A DNA stretch of 63,998 nt, counting the filler, from Octopus bimaculoides (Eukaryota), in assembly GCF_001194135.2 (NCBI RefSeq). It is 9 parts of 9 records of this genome, joined end to end, with 100 filler letters (N's around TTAATTAATTAA, not from the genome) between each part and the next. Parts side by side here need not be neighbours in the genome. Positions count along the whole stretch, not along the records: positions 51,356 to 62,293 come from NC_068981.1; positions 62,394 to 63,998 come from NC_069005.1; 7 more parts are not named here. One strand, written 5' to 3'. Positions 51,485 to 63,908 of this stretch are shown here, piece after piece (position 1 is the stretch's first letter; each line of letters begins with the position of its first letter). The position numbers were made by a program, and so were the translations under genes. The notes beneath the pieces are model-generated. The model had not been told where the DNA came from. It saw only the letters and a list, made by a program, of their open reading frames with translations, and did no database searches.

Positions 51485-52714
51485 ATATGTATATGTATTT
51501 ATATATATATGTTTGTATATATATATATATCTCATATATATATCTCATATGTGTATGTATGTATGTATGCATGTATAAGAATGTGATATGTCACTTTCAA
51601 GTATGGCACATCTTAGTACTGGTTTATTCGAGATGAACGTAGAAACTCCTACAGTGGTACGAACCTGAAACCATGTAATTTCAAAACGACATTTCCGTCA
51701 TACATGCTCCCAGCTATAAGTGACAATCTCTGTGTTATCCTTGCAATAGATTTACATTAAATAGCGCCTAGCAAGAACATTATAGGACAGTTGTATTGCA
51801 CCGCGTTGACATTTGCGTGCAAATTTTAATAATTCGGATCACACCATCAATATTAACGACATTACAGCTATTATGTGTATTATTTTTTGTCTGTTTATAA
51901 CCATTATACTTAATGAATATATTTCTCATTCATTGGAGTTCAATCGTAAAAATTCGAAGTGAGAAGTCAAGTAGAGGCACTAATTATGGAATGAATACTG
52001 ACATGCTACTGAATCCAAAAAGCAACGTGACCGCTACCTTGCGGCTGGCAATAATAAAATTCTATTCTATTCTATTCACTACTACTACTACAACCAACAA
52101 AAAATGCTCCCACGTGGACTATGTTGACACCAGTAAAGAAAAATTATGAACTTTTCATTTAATTTCATTTTTTTTAAATATGTATTTTTGATAAGGTTCG
52201 TTTTTTCAAGAACCAAAACATGTTAAAAATATCTCTGACAAAATTATAAATTAAAATTCATTTTTTATATATTGGCGTTTTCAAACTTCTTTTATATATA
52301 TATAATTTAAATGAGAGTTTTGACGCTAATATCCATTATTATTGAAGTTTATTCCTATGTCAACATTTCTGTATAAGGTNNNNNNNNNNCTACAACCAAC
52401 AAAAAATGCTCCCACGTGGACTATGTTGACACCAGTAAAGAAAAATTATGAACTTTTCATTTAATTTCATTTTTTTTAAATATGTATTTTTGATAAGGTT
52501 CGTTTTTTCAAGAACCAAAACATGTTAAAAATATCTCTGACAAAATTATAAATTAAAATTCATTTTTTATATATTGGCGTTTTCAAACTTCTTTTATATA
52601 TATATAATTTAAATGAGAGTTTTGACGCTAATATCCATTATTATTGAAGTTTATTCCTATGTCAACATTTCTGTATAAGGTTATATTTAACTGATCTCAG
52701 ATCAGGCTCTTCGG

Positions 52715-53141
52715 ATTTTAGTTATTTTGGGATCCACGCATCTTTGTAAAGCTGCATTTTCCACACACGCTGCTGCCAAATGCAAGTACAGGTACAGGCT
52801 GAACATTGAAAGGGACTTCCGTTGTGCACTCTCTGACATTCAACCACGCATTGAAGACCCTGTAGCTAAGTAGCAGCGTCAAGTATCTCACTAATAATGT
52901 GACTAATTCATATTCAATAAAAAAAGAACTTTTTTTTTTGGCTAAGAAGGAGTGTCAAGTATCTCACTTTTTGTATAATGTAATTATAATATAAAATTAT
53001 ACATATTTTCTATAATGTGACTAATTCATATTCAATAAAAAGACTAGAAACATATTTTAGATTATATTTAAAATCTTGGAGGGGAATTTTATTCATAGAT
53101 GCAAGGGAGAAGCGTGGTGGTAAAAAGGTTAAGAACCACTG
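52715..53141 (+). mobile_element. hAT (Buster/ZBED5-like) 3' fragment with right TIR
   Basis: STHLCKAAFS..KYRYRLNIERDFRCALSDIQPRIE..*QRQVSH*; TIR AGGTTAAGAACCACTG. Confidence 0.8.
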
Positions 53142-53870
53142 ATCTAGATACTACTCTAGGTTGTTTCTCTAGATTCTAATAATCCACTGCCCTTTTACTG
53201 ATTTAATAATGTTTATTTAATGTTCGTGAGAGACTCTGAATTTCTTAGGTAGGGAAGCCATTACTTAAGCCAAGCTTGATATACGTAGCACATAACTTTA
53301 TCTTATTAACCCTGTAAAGAGAAACAGAATCAAAGTCACCGCCACGGGATTTTAAATTTAGAATATTGAGGTTCAGAACTGAATGCGGTAAAGCATTTGT
53401 TCTGCACTGCAGATTTCCTCACTCCGTACACCTTTAAATAATTTAACGATTTTTCTGATTTTTTTTTTTTTTTACTATTAACATGAACTCTATTCGTAAA
53501 TTTATGTATTTAAATTTATGTATTCTATGGAAATATATTTACTCTCCTCTCCTGGGTTGTGAACTAAAGTAAAATATTCATATTCTTAAGTAGATTATCA
53601 GATAGCCTCATATTTATTGGGAATGAGAAACATTGGCTGTGTACAAAACTATGTTATTCCCCAAGAAAATTTAAGATAACGAATCTACTTGACATTTTTT
53701 TAGCGTTTTGTGTGAGATTTTTAAAACAAATTTAGTATTTAATCTTCTAAAANNNNNNNNNNNNNNNNNNNNNNNNNNNNNNNNNNNNNNNNNNNNAAAA
53801 CATTATTAGCATGTGATGGATGGAGCGGTTTTTACATAGGGCTGTATAGTAAATGCTACTAAGTGGGCGG

Positions 53871-54252
53871 TGGAGGCGCAATGGCCCAGTGGTTAGGGCA
53901 GCGGACTCGTGGTCATAGGATCGCGGTTTCGATTCCCAGACCGGCGTTGTGTGTGTTTATTGAGCGAAAACACCTAAAGCTCCACGAGGCTCCGGCAGGG
54001 GATGGTGGCGAACCCTGCTGTATTCTTTCACCACAACTTTCTCTCACTCTTACATCTTGTTACTGTTGTGCCTGTAATTCAAAGGCTCAGCCTTGTCACA
54101 CTGTGTCACGCTGAATATCCCCGAGAACTACGTTAAGGGTACACGTGTCTGTAGAGTGCTCAGCCACTTGCACGTTGATTTCACGAGCAGGCTGTTCCGT
54201 TGATCGGACCAACTGGAACCCTCGACGTCGTAAACGACGGAGTGCCAACAAT
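53871..54252 (+). mobile_element. tRNA-derived SINE family C, full length, 11-bp TSD
   Basis: A and B boxes; TSD TAAGTGGGCGG at 53860-53870 and 54253-54263. Confidence 0.95.
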
Positions 54253-54975
54253 TAAGTGGGCGGGTGCTTACCTTCATATGTGTTATTAAATGTTGAAACA
54301 CTATCATCTAAACGTTTTCTTATAGAAGTTAGTCTCAAGCTTTTCCGATTTCAGATATATTCTAATTTCAATCATCGTTACAGATGAAATAGCAAGTAAC
54401 TCATGGACTTTTTGATTAAATGTAAAAGACAGATAAGATCATTCTGAACGCACAATTATGAATTTAATAAACTATGTGAACAACAAACATGTATTTCAAA
54501 AATATTTTTTCTTTAGCAGAAATGAACTAAAATTACATCCCATAATGACTAGTAATTTTTTCCTCGTTTCTAAAATGTGCTCTAATTTGATAATTTATAT
54601 CAAACATCATCATCATTGTTAAAATAACACATAATCATTTTCGGTTAATTTCTGCACGAGGACGTTAATATTTTGCAAAATAGTACATTATAACCACTTA
54701 AATCGTTTCTAATAACATACCTCCATTTCCAGAATATTCAATTATTTTTCACATTCTGATCAGTAAATTTCTAACTAAACATAAATAATCAATGTGTTTT
54801 GTTTGTTAATAAATTTGTGTAAATTTTGATGTTCCTATAACACAGCAAATAGAAACAAATTGTGAATTCATATTGAATAAAACTGTCAAACAAATGTTGA
54901 AGCTTGCAATGTACATACATATACATATACTTCCACACGTGCATACATGCATATATATCTATATCTATCTATCTG

Positions 54976-55064
<89 letters not shown>

Positions 55065-55079
55065 GTGAGTGTGTGTGTG

Positions 55080-55122
<43 letters not shown>

Positions 55123-55325
55123 TAGTTGTGTTTTAATATGATCGTATATAAAGAGATTCAAACAATTACTGTAAAAAAATTAATATCAATATGCTGACTA
55201 TACACTTCAAGTATAAAAATACAGCTGACAGTAAGTTCGAAGTTCATCAATAATCGGCTTCGGCAGTCACTCTCACCCAACCCACTCTCCCCGCGTACAT
55301 ACAGACACGCACGCACACACACACA

Positions 55326-55362
<37 letters not shown>

Positions 55363-55364
<2 letters not shown>

Positions 55365-55790
55365 GCGTAAGTATTACTTAGTGGCTAAGATGTTCACTTT
55401 AGTACCATGTGATTTCGGATTCTGTTCCACAATGTCGCACCTTGAGCAAGTGTTTTCTACTGTAACCTAGGCCCACTAATAGTGGGGAGTGAATCTGGTC
55501 GACTGAAAGTGTGATGAAACCTGTCGTATACATGTATACGAGTATGCGTGCTTGTGTGTATATGCGTATACGTATATCTGCATCTTTGTGTTGTGTTTGT
55601 TACCCCACGCTGCTTGGAAGTATGTGTTTGTTTATTTACATTCCTATATCCAGTGGTTAGTCAAAAGAGACCAATAAGATAATTGCTAGACATTAAGAAA
55701 CTAAGTATTGGAGGGCGATTTCTTTGTCTAAATGCTTCAAACCAGGGCCCCAAAATGACCGCAATGGAATGACTGAGACAAAAACTAAAA
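55363..55790 (+). mobile_element. SINE family A, diverged
   Basis: CACCTTGAGCAAGTG..TTACCCC..GACTGAGACAA. Confidence 0.75.
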
Positions 55791-56816
55791 GATATGCAAT
55801 GACTATATATTCATTCTTAATTCGTTCTGGCAATTACAACGCGAATTTTGACATCTTTGGGCTTCCTCAGCAGTAGCTGCAGCAGGGCTGATGAATCCAA
55901 CGAGAGCTTCAGTGAACATCTCCGATGCTCTGAAATATGTTCGTATTTTCGCGCTAATATAGCGAGAGATATGTATGTGTGTGTGCGTGTGTGAGTGTGT
56001 AAATATATATATATATATANNNNNNNNNNNNNNNNNNNNNNNNNNNNNNNNNNNNNNNNNNNNNNNNNNNNNNNNNNNNNNNNNNNNNNNNNNNNNNNNN
56101 NNNNNNNNNNNNNNNNNNNNNNNNNNNNNNNNNNNNNNNNNNNNNNNNNNNNNNNNNNNNNNNNNNNNNNNNNNNNNNNNNNNNNNNNNNNNNNNNNNNN
56201 NNNNNNNNNNNNNNNNNNNNNNNNNNNNNNNNNNNNNNNNNNNNNNNNNNNNNNNNNNNNNNNNNNNNNNNNNNNNNNNNNNNNNNNNNNNNNNNNNNNN
56301 NNNNNNNNNNNNNNNNNNNNNNNNNNNNNNNNNNNNNNNNNNNNNNNNNNNNNNNNNNNNNNNNNNNNNNNNNNNNNNNNNNNNNNNNNNNNNNNNNNNN
56401 NNNNNNNNNNNNNNNNNNNNNNNNNNNNNNNNNNNNNNNNNNNNNNNNNNNNNNNNNNNNNNNNNNNNNNNNNNNNNNNNNNNNNNNNNNNNNNNNNNNN
56501 NNNNNNNNNNNNNNNNNNNNNNNNNNNNNNNNNNNNNNNNNNNNNNNNNNNNNNNNNNNNNNNNNNNNNNNNNNNNNNNNNNNNNNNNNNNNNNNNNNNN
56601 NNNNNNNNNNNNNNNNNNNNNNNNNNNNNNNNNNNNNNNNNNNNNNNNNNNNNNNNNNNNNNNNNNNNNNNNNNNNNNNNNNNNNNNNNNNNNNNNNNNN
56701 NNNNNNNNNNNNNNNNNNNNNNNNNNNNNNNNNNNNNNNNNNNNNNNNNNNNNNNNNNNNNNNNNNNNNNNNNNNNNNNNNNNTTTGCTTTGCGGGAAGG
56801 ACTGTTTCAACGAAGT

Positions 56817-56877
56817 CGCGTATTGTCCTTTCCTTCGAAACGCGGAGTAGATGAAACAGGGACAACTGACGAAGGGG
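56817..56877 (+). ncRNA. Candidate non-circularly permuted hammerhead
   Basis: CGCGT-A-TTGTCC..CCTTC-GAA-ACGCG..GGACAA-CTGACGA-AGGGG. Confidence 0.35.
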
Positions 56878-57188
56878 TATACGCATTATCTTGCATTTCT
56901 CGTTTCTCTGTTTCTTTTTTTTTTTTTTCGTTGTTCGAAAAAAGTTCGTTTTCTGTTTTCGTTTCTCGTTGTGTTTGACGTTTTTTTTATGTCCTGTACC
57001 CATTTATGCATGTATGTATACATATAGATGTAGGTATGTACATGTATGTATGGATATATGCATATATTTATATATTATTTATATTATTATTATATATATA
57101 TAGCACTATATTTAAGAGATGAGGAATTAAATACATCATTTACATTATTTACAATTAACGGATAATTGTCCTCATCTTCTTTGTTGCT

Positions 57189-57234
57189 AACACGAAGTTT
57201 CGGCTGATATACCCTCCAGCCTTCATCAGTTGTC
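57189..57234 (-). ncRNA. PLE-type minimal hammerhead-like motif, degenerate stems I and III
   Basis: GACAA-CTGATGA-A-GGCTG(GAGGGTATAT)CAGCC-GAAAC-TTC-GTGTT. Confidence 0.55.
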
Positions 57235-57295
57235 TTGGGGAAAATTTCGAACCTGGGTTCTCATTCCGAAGGTAACCACTACGCCATATGCCCAC

Positions 57296-57372
57296 GGGCA
57301 TATGGCGTAGTGGTTAAGAGTGCGGGCTACTAACCCCAAGATTCCAAGTTCGATTCCAAGCAGTGACCTGAA

Positions 57373-57373
<1 letters not shown>
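57296..57373 (+). mobile_element. tRNA-like SINE head followed by (AAT)n
   Basis: A box TGGCGTAGTGG 57303-57313, B box GTTCGATTCC 57348-57357; no acceptor-stem pairing, so not a tRNA. Confidence 0.8.
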
Positions 57374-57434
<61 letters not shown>

Positions 57435-58098
57435 NNNNNNNNNNNNNNNNNNNNNNNNNNNNNNNNNNNNNNNNNNNNNNNNNNNNNNNNNNNNNNNNNN
57501 NNNNNNNNNNNNNNNNNNNNNNNNNNNNNNNNNNNNNNNNNNNNNNNNNNNNNNNNNNNNNNNNNNNNNNNNNNNNNNNNNNNNNNNNNNNNNNNNNNNN
57601 NNNNNNNNNNNNNNNNNNNNNNNNNNNNNNNNNNNNNNNNNNNNNNNNNNNNNNNNNNNNNNNNNNNNNNNNNNNNNNNNNNNNNNNNNNNNNNNNNNNN
57701 NNNNNNNNNNNNNNNNNNNNNNNNNNNNNNNNNNNNNNNNNNNNNNNNNNNNNNNNNNNNNNNNNNNNNNNNNNNNNNNNNNNNNNNNNNNNNNNNNNNN
57801 NNNNNNNNNNNNNNNNNNNNNNNNNNNNNNNNNNNNNNNNNNNNNNNNNNNNNNNNNNNNNNNNNNNNNNNNNNNNNNNNNNNNNNNNNNNNNNNNNNNN
57901 NNNNNNNNNNNNNNNNNNNNNNNNNNNNNNNNNNNNNNNNNNNNNNNNNNNNNNNNNNNNNNNNNNNATATATATTAGAAATAGAGATGACAAAAGATAT
58001 TATCCTTGTGACATCTCTCCTATTACTGTTCTATACTCCGTTCTGAAACACGTATATTGAGTTCTACGCCAGGTTATTAGTCACGCAATTCTTAAGCG

Positions 58099-58130
<32 letters not shown>

Positions 58131-58297
58131 CATTATTCAGTTTATTTCAAGATTTCTTGCCAATAGAGAAGAAAACAGTTTCTAACCTAGATCCAAGGTT
58201 CCTTCATTGGAATTTTTGTATGTATGTATGTGCAGATTTGTATGTTTTATGTACGTATACTCATGCATATAGTTACATATCTAGACATGCTCATACG

Positions 58298-58742
58298 CAG
58301 GGTGTTCAAAAATCCCTCCGCAGTGGATTTTTTTTTTCACCATGGTGCTACTTCAAGAGTCTTTCGGTAAAGGGATTATTTCGAAGGGACTTTGGCCACC
58401 AAGAGCACCTAATTTAACACTGCCATACAATTTTCTCGGGAGCAAGTAAGGGATCAGTGTACAAGAATCGCCCGAAAACCATTAATGAGCTAAAAAAACG
58501 CGATCATAACCTTCACAATGTCCATACCGCGTCAGACACTCCAGGATGTATTTCAAAACATTAATAGAAGAGTCATCTTATACAGTGAAAATGAAGGACG
58601 ACGGTTTCAACACCCCTTATAAAGTTTTTTTGTTTTTTTAATCTTGTAAAGTCTAATACATTCTTTTGTAGTCTTTTACCATCTTATTAATATTTATTTT
58701 GCAATAAAATACTTACTGCGGAGAGGCGTTTTGAACACCCTG
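58298..58742 (+). mobile_element. Internally deleted Tc1-like element
   Basis: TIRs CAGGGTGTTCAAAA..CCGCAGT and ACTGCGG..TTTTGAACACCCTG-TA; WPPRAPNL..YKNRPKTINELK. Confidence 0.82.
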
Positions 58743-58759
58743 TATATTTAACTTATAAA

Positions 58760-59111
58760 CTCCGGTAAAGTTTTACAGATTTTTACAGTTCCTGTGGGGG
58801 TGGGGGGTGGAACTCTCGAGCATGGTGAATATTCATGTCGGTGGTGCAGGTTAATGGGTATTGCCACTCCCTTTACGTACTTCATTCTTGTTCGATCATT
58901 TTTAAACTTCTCGATCCACTCATTAACATTTATATGTGGTAAAGCACAGTCCCCAAATTGTACTGTGAGCCTGTGATGAATTTTAGCTCCTGATACACTT
59001 TCAAACCTGTGAAATCGGAGCACTAATCTCTGTTTTACCATGATGTACGCTGTCAGCGAAGCGGCCAACGTAAAGGAAGCGAAAGTGCTACTAATTTTTG
59101 ACTTACCCTTG
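58760..59111 (-). mobile_element. Mariner 5' fragment (HTH region)
   Basis: QRLVLRF..GAKIHHRLTVQFGDCALP..VNEWIEKFKNDRT; TIR TA-CAAGGGTAAGTCAAAAATTAG. Confidence 0.8.
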
Positions 59112-59845
59112 TATATAAGTTGCTATAAATATATATGCATGTACATATACACATGCTGTAACCTTGAAACGGCTGTCGGAGTATGGCCACTTAAATCTTG
59201 AAATTGGAATACGTCCATGTAATCATTGGAAACTTTACTTTCCATATGCATGATTAAACATTTCTTTATTCACCTTTTCGCGAGGATTTGCACTTTTGTT
59301 TTTTAATATATGTTTAATACCTTTTAACAACGCTCTTAATCTATAAGTAGGACGATGTCTTCAATATATACCTTTTAAAATGCTAATATTTTTAATACAT
59401 CAATATAGTTTTTCTACCTATATATGTCTATTTTATTTTCATATATTTATGTATCTGTAATTTTTTTATATTTTTCAATATTTTAATGAGTGACACATTA
59501 AATATATTTTAATAATTTGCATACACCAGTTTTATGGCCAAGTATATGTTGTATTATTATTCTAAAATGTTGAACCTACCTGACTTTTCCTTTTAAATAT
59601 TTTATATATATATACACACATACAGGCACATAAGTGTGGGGGTATATACATATCTATATGTATATATCTGAATGGGGACCGCTTGCATATACAAACGGAG
59701 TTAAAAAGCTCACTTCCTGAAGTGGAATGAATATATTTGATAGTAATTTAGACCTTATTTTGTGTGGAACTATGACTTCCACATTTTTGATAAGATTATT
59801 TACTCTCTCCGCACACAAAACCTGACGCACACATAAATACCTCGA

Positions 59846-59887
<42 letters not shown>

Positions 59888-61609
59888 NNNNNNNNNNNNN
59901 NNNNNNNNNNNNNNNNNNNNNNNNNNNNNNNNNNNNNNNNNNNNNNNNNNNNNNNNNNNNNNNNNNNNNNNNNNNNNNNNNNNNNNNNNNNNNNNNNNNN
60001 NNNNNNNNNNNNNNNNNNNNNNNNNNNNNNNNNNNNNNNNNNNNNNNNNNNNNNNNNNNNNNNNNNNNNNNNNNNNNNNNNNNNNNNNNNNNNNNNNNNN
60101 NNNNNNNNNNNNNNNNNNNNNNNNNNNNNNNNNNNNNNNNNNNNNNNNNNNNNNNNNNNNNNNNNNNNNNNNNNNNNNNNNNNNNNNNNNNNNNNNNNNN
60201 NNNNNNNNNNNNNNNNNNNNNNNNNNNNNNNNNNNNNNNNNNNNNNNNNNNNNNNNNNNNNNNNNNNNNNNNNNNNNNNNNNNNNNNNNNNNNNNNNNNN
60301 NNNNNNNNNNNNNNNNNNNNNNNNNNNNNNNNNNNNNNNNNNNNNNNNNNNNNNNNNNNNNNNNNNNNNNNNNNNNNNNNNNNNNNNNNNNNNNNNNNNN
60401 NNNNNNNNNNNNNNNNNNNNNNNNNNNNNNNNNNNNNNNNNNNNNNNNNNNNNNNNNNNNNNNNNNNNNNNNNNNNNNNNATATATATATATATATATAT
60501 ATATAAATGAATAGATAGATATGGATATTGATATGCCTCTATTTAATACACTTGTATCTTTGATGTAAACATAGAAGCCAGACTTGTTCCTCAGTTGTTT
60601 GAGAAAGATAGTCAGAGAAAGACTTCAAAATTATAAAGCAAAAGTTATATTTCCAATAGAAGATAAAACGGCAACTATGAAATATTATTATCACTGGTTG
60701 CTTTGTTTTTATTCTATAATTTCTTTGGTCATTCGCTATCCTTATCAAATATGCCTATTTGTATATGGTTTCTGTTAAGAAGATGAAAGTTTCTTTGATT
60801 AACGATTGATTAGTGACTGAAGTGAAATGCCTTCAGGCGTCAACCGCATCATTTTATCATTCCTTCCAAACAAGACTGTCTCTACGTGGTCTCTACATCT
60901 AGATATCACAACGGATACCAAACAGTCTTCAGCAAGAGTTGGTGATTTGAATAATGTAAGCCAAGGCATATTGTATTTGAACGAAAACACTCTGAATGGT
61001 CATGCCTGCAAAGATATTTGATAATATATGTCTGTTTGAGTACAAGTACATAAACGGCACTCTGATGTTAAACTATTAAAATCTCTTTTTATTGGGGACA
61101 ATGCTACTTTTATGTCTGTATTTTCACATCCTGTTTGTTGGGCGAACACCTTTACTTCAAAGTGGTTAACAACCAGAGAAGTGTCGTAGATGATTTGCCA
61201 TTGGATACATTGATCTCTTGAGACAGTTAATTATTTAGCATGTTTCTTCGTTATGTTTACTATTAACGACTTACGAAACGTAAGTACATTTCGAGAAAGG
61301 TGTGGAATTTCTATAAAGAATGGTTAGAATGTTGTACGCAGAATCGTTGTTTTGATTCTTGGACCATGCTTGCGTTGTGATCTTGAGCAAAACATCTCAT
61401 TTTGATTAAAAACATTTCGTTGCTCCAGTTCAGTCATCTGTAAATGAGCAAACCTGTGACGGACTGGGCGCTCGTTCAGGAGTCATGTTGTGATTTGGCC
61501 ACTTATAGGACATGGAAACCGAGTAACCATAAGACTCGAAATTACTTACTTGCTTGTGGATTTCATAACGTGGTATCTTTGACTTGATGATCGTATTAAT
61601 AATCCTTTC

Positions 61610-62064
61610 TACTATAGGCACAACGCCTGAAATATGGGGAAGGATTACAACGACCCCAGTGCGTAACTGGTATTTATTTTATCAACCCGGAAAGAATGAA
61701 AGGCAAAGTCGACCTCGGCGGAATTTGAACTCAGAACTTAAAGACGGACCAAATGCCGCTGAGCATTTTGACCGGTGTGCTCACGATTCAGCCAGCTTGC
61801 TGCCTTAATAATAATAATAATAAAAAATAATAATAATAATAATAATAATGATTTCAGATTTTGCCAAAAGGGCAGCAATTTGTGGGGAAGGGATAAGTCG
61901 ATTTCTTCGACCAAGTGTTTCACTGGTACTTAATTTATCAACCCCGAAATGGATGAAAGGCAAATTCGACCTCGGTGGAATTTGAGCTCAGAACATAACC
62001 TCGGACGAAATGCCGTTAAACATTTCGCCCGGTGCGCTCATGATTCTGCCAGTTCACTGCCTTA

Positions 62065-62065
<1 letters not shown>
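61610..62065 (-). mobile_element. Two SINE family B copies, each abutting (TAA)n
   Basis: Similarity to other copies. Confidence 0.85.
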
Positions 62066-62100
<35 letters not shown>

Positions 62101-62103
<3 letters not shown>

Positions 62104-62293
62104 CAAAAATACCTACTCCAGAAGCAAGAGAAGCTAATACAAATAGCCACAAAACACGAGCAAAACAAAAAACTGTTTTCAGTATTTAAGGAAGCTGACA
62201 AATACAAACAAGAAATCAATCTACCTAACAAATACGAAGAAGAAGAAGAAGAAGAAGAAGAAGAAGAAGAAGAAGAAGAAGAAGAAGAAGAAG
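62101..62293 (+). mobile_element. R4/Dong fragment running into (GAA)n
   Basis: 62101-62235 homologous to about 16600-16735. Confidence 0.85.
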
Positions 62294-62729
62294 NNNNNNN
62301 NNNNNNNNNNNNNNNNNNNNNNNNNNNNNNNNNNNNNTTAATTAATTAANNNNNNNNNNNNNNNNNNNNNNNNNNNNNNNNNNNNNNNNNNNNTATATAT
62401 ATATATATATACCTATCTATCTATATATATATATATATATATATACAAACACACGTGCATGTTTATGTACATGTATATGTGTATGTGCATTCGTATGCAC
62501 ACACGTATAAGCATAAATATACACGCACAGACGTACACATATATGTGTATATATATGGTTGTGTGTGTGTGTGTGTGTAACAATGTAGCTTTATGTGCGC
62601 CTATTTGTGCATGCATGCATGCATGAGCGTGCACTGGTAAATTAGAACACTACCTTCTTTCAATAAGTACACTAACATTTTGTGCTTTCCCAAGTGCTTC
62701 AACGACGCACACTCAAATGCAAACGCAAG

Positions 62730-62761
<32 letters not shown>

Positions 62762-63024
62762 ACATATATACATACATACGCACATCCATCTTCACAGACA
62801 GGGAGTGAGAGGAGAGAGACTGAGTGAGGGTGAGAGACAGAGACAACTATGAACGGATATGTGTGTGTGTGACAGAGTCAGTCTAACACTTACCTTAGAT
62901 GTTACTACAGAATGTGAGGCTTCTTGTTACACTCTTTGCGCTTCTTTATCATTTGTACAGCCATAATCTTTATCCTCCCGGACTGTTTGACTAATTTCTA
63001 CACATAAATATATTACTCTCTCTA

Positions 63025-63089
<65 letters not shown>

Positions 63090-63279
63090 CTGTCTCTTTC
63101 TCACTTGCTCTTGACTTCTGACTCAGTTGTTTTCTATCAATCACTCCTTGCTCACTCGTTCTTTCTCTGAGTATACATACATACATATACACGTACATAA
63201 TACACAAACTCAAATCAATACCAGCCACCGACCTGCAGGGCATTGCATAGCACTTAAGATCTCGCCTACTCCAACTAGA

Positions 63280-63908
63280 ATAAAGGCCCAAAATTTTGGG
63301 GGAGGGGGCCAGTCGATTAGATCGACCCCAGTACGCAACTGGTACTTAATTTATCGACCCCGAAAGGATGAAAGGCAAAGTCTACCTCGGCGGAATTTGA
63401 ACTTAAATCGTAAAGACACGAAATACCGCTAAGCATTTCGCCCGACGTGCTAACGTTTCTTATTTCTTTATTGCCCACAAGGGGCTAAACATAGAGGAAA
63501 CAAACAAGGACAGACAAAGGGATTAAGTTGATTAGATCGATCCCAGTATGTAGTTGGTACTTAATTTATCGACCCCGAAAGGATGAAAGGCAAAATCGAC
63601 CTGGGCGGAATTTGAACACAGAACGGAGCGACAGGCGAAATATCCTTTAAGCACTTTGTCCGGCGTACTAACTTTTCTTATTTCTTTATTGCCCAGAAGG
63701 GGCTAAACATAGAGGGGACAGACAAGGACAGACAGAAGGATTAAGTCGATTACATCGACCCCAGTGCGTAACTGGTAGCTAATTTATCGACCTCGAAAGG
63801 ATGAAAGGCAAAGTTGACCTCGGCGGAATTTGAACTCAGAACGTGAAGACAGACGAAATACCACTAAGCATTTCGCCCGGTGTGCTAACGTTTCTGCCAG
63901 ATCACTGC
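63280..63908 (-). mobile_element. Head-to-tail trimer of SINE family B (period about 215-218 bp)
   Basis: Equivalent positions at 63315, 63530 and 63748. Confidence 0.92.

Noticed and set aside
52090-52681. About 290-bp exact direct duplication
   Set aside because: The copies flank a 10-N gap: overlapping contig ends
55888-55945. CTGATGA..GAGC/GCTC..GAAAT hammerhead-like pattern
   Set aside because: Nine extra nt before stem II, GAAAT instead of GAAAC, and no stem I; too degenerate
53871-57373. tRNA-like sequences at SINE heads
   Set aside because: A and B boxes present but no complete cloverleaf, and they continue into repeat bodies; not tRNA genes
34277-60510. Long ORFs of 220-350 aa in the ORF track
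   Set aside because: Mostly X residues translated through N gaps
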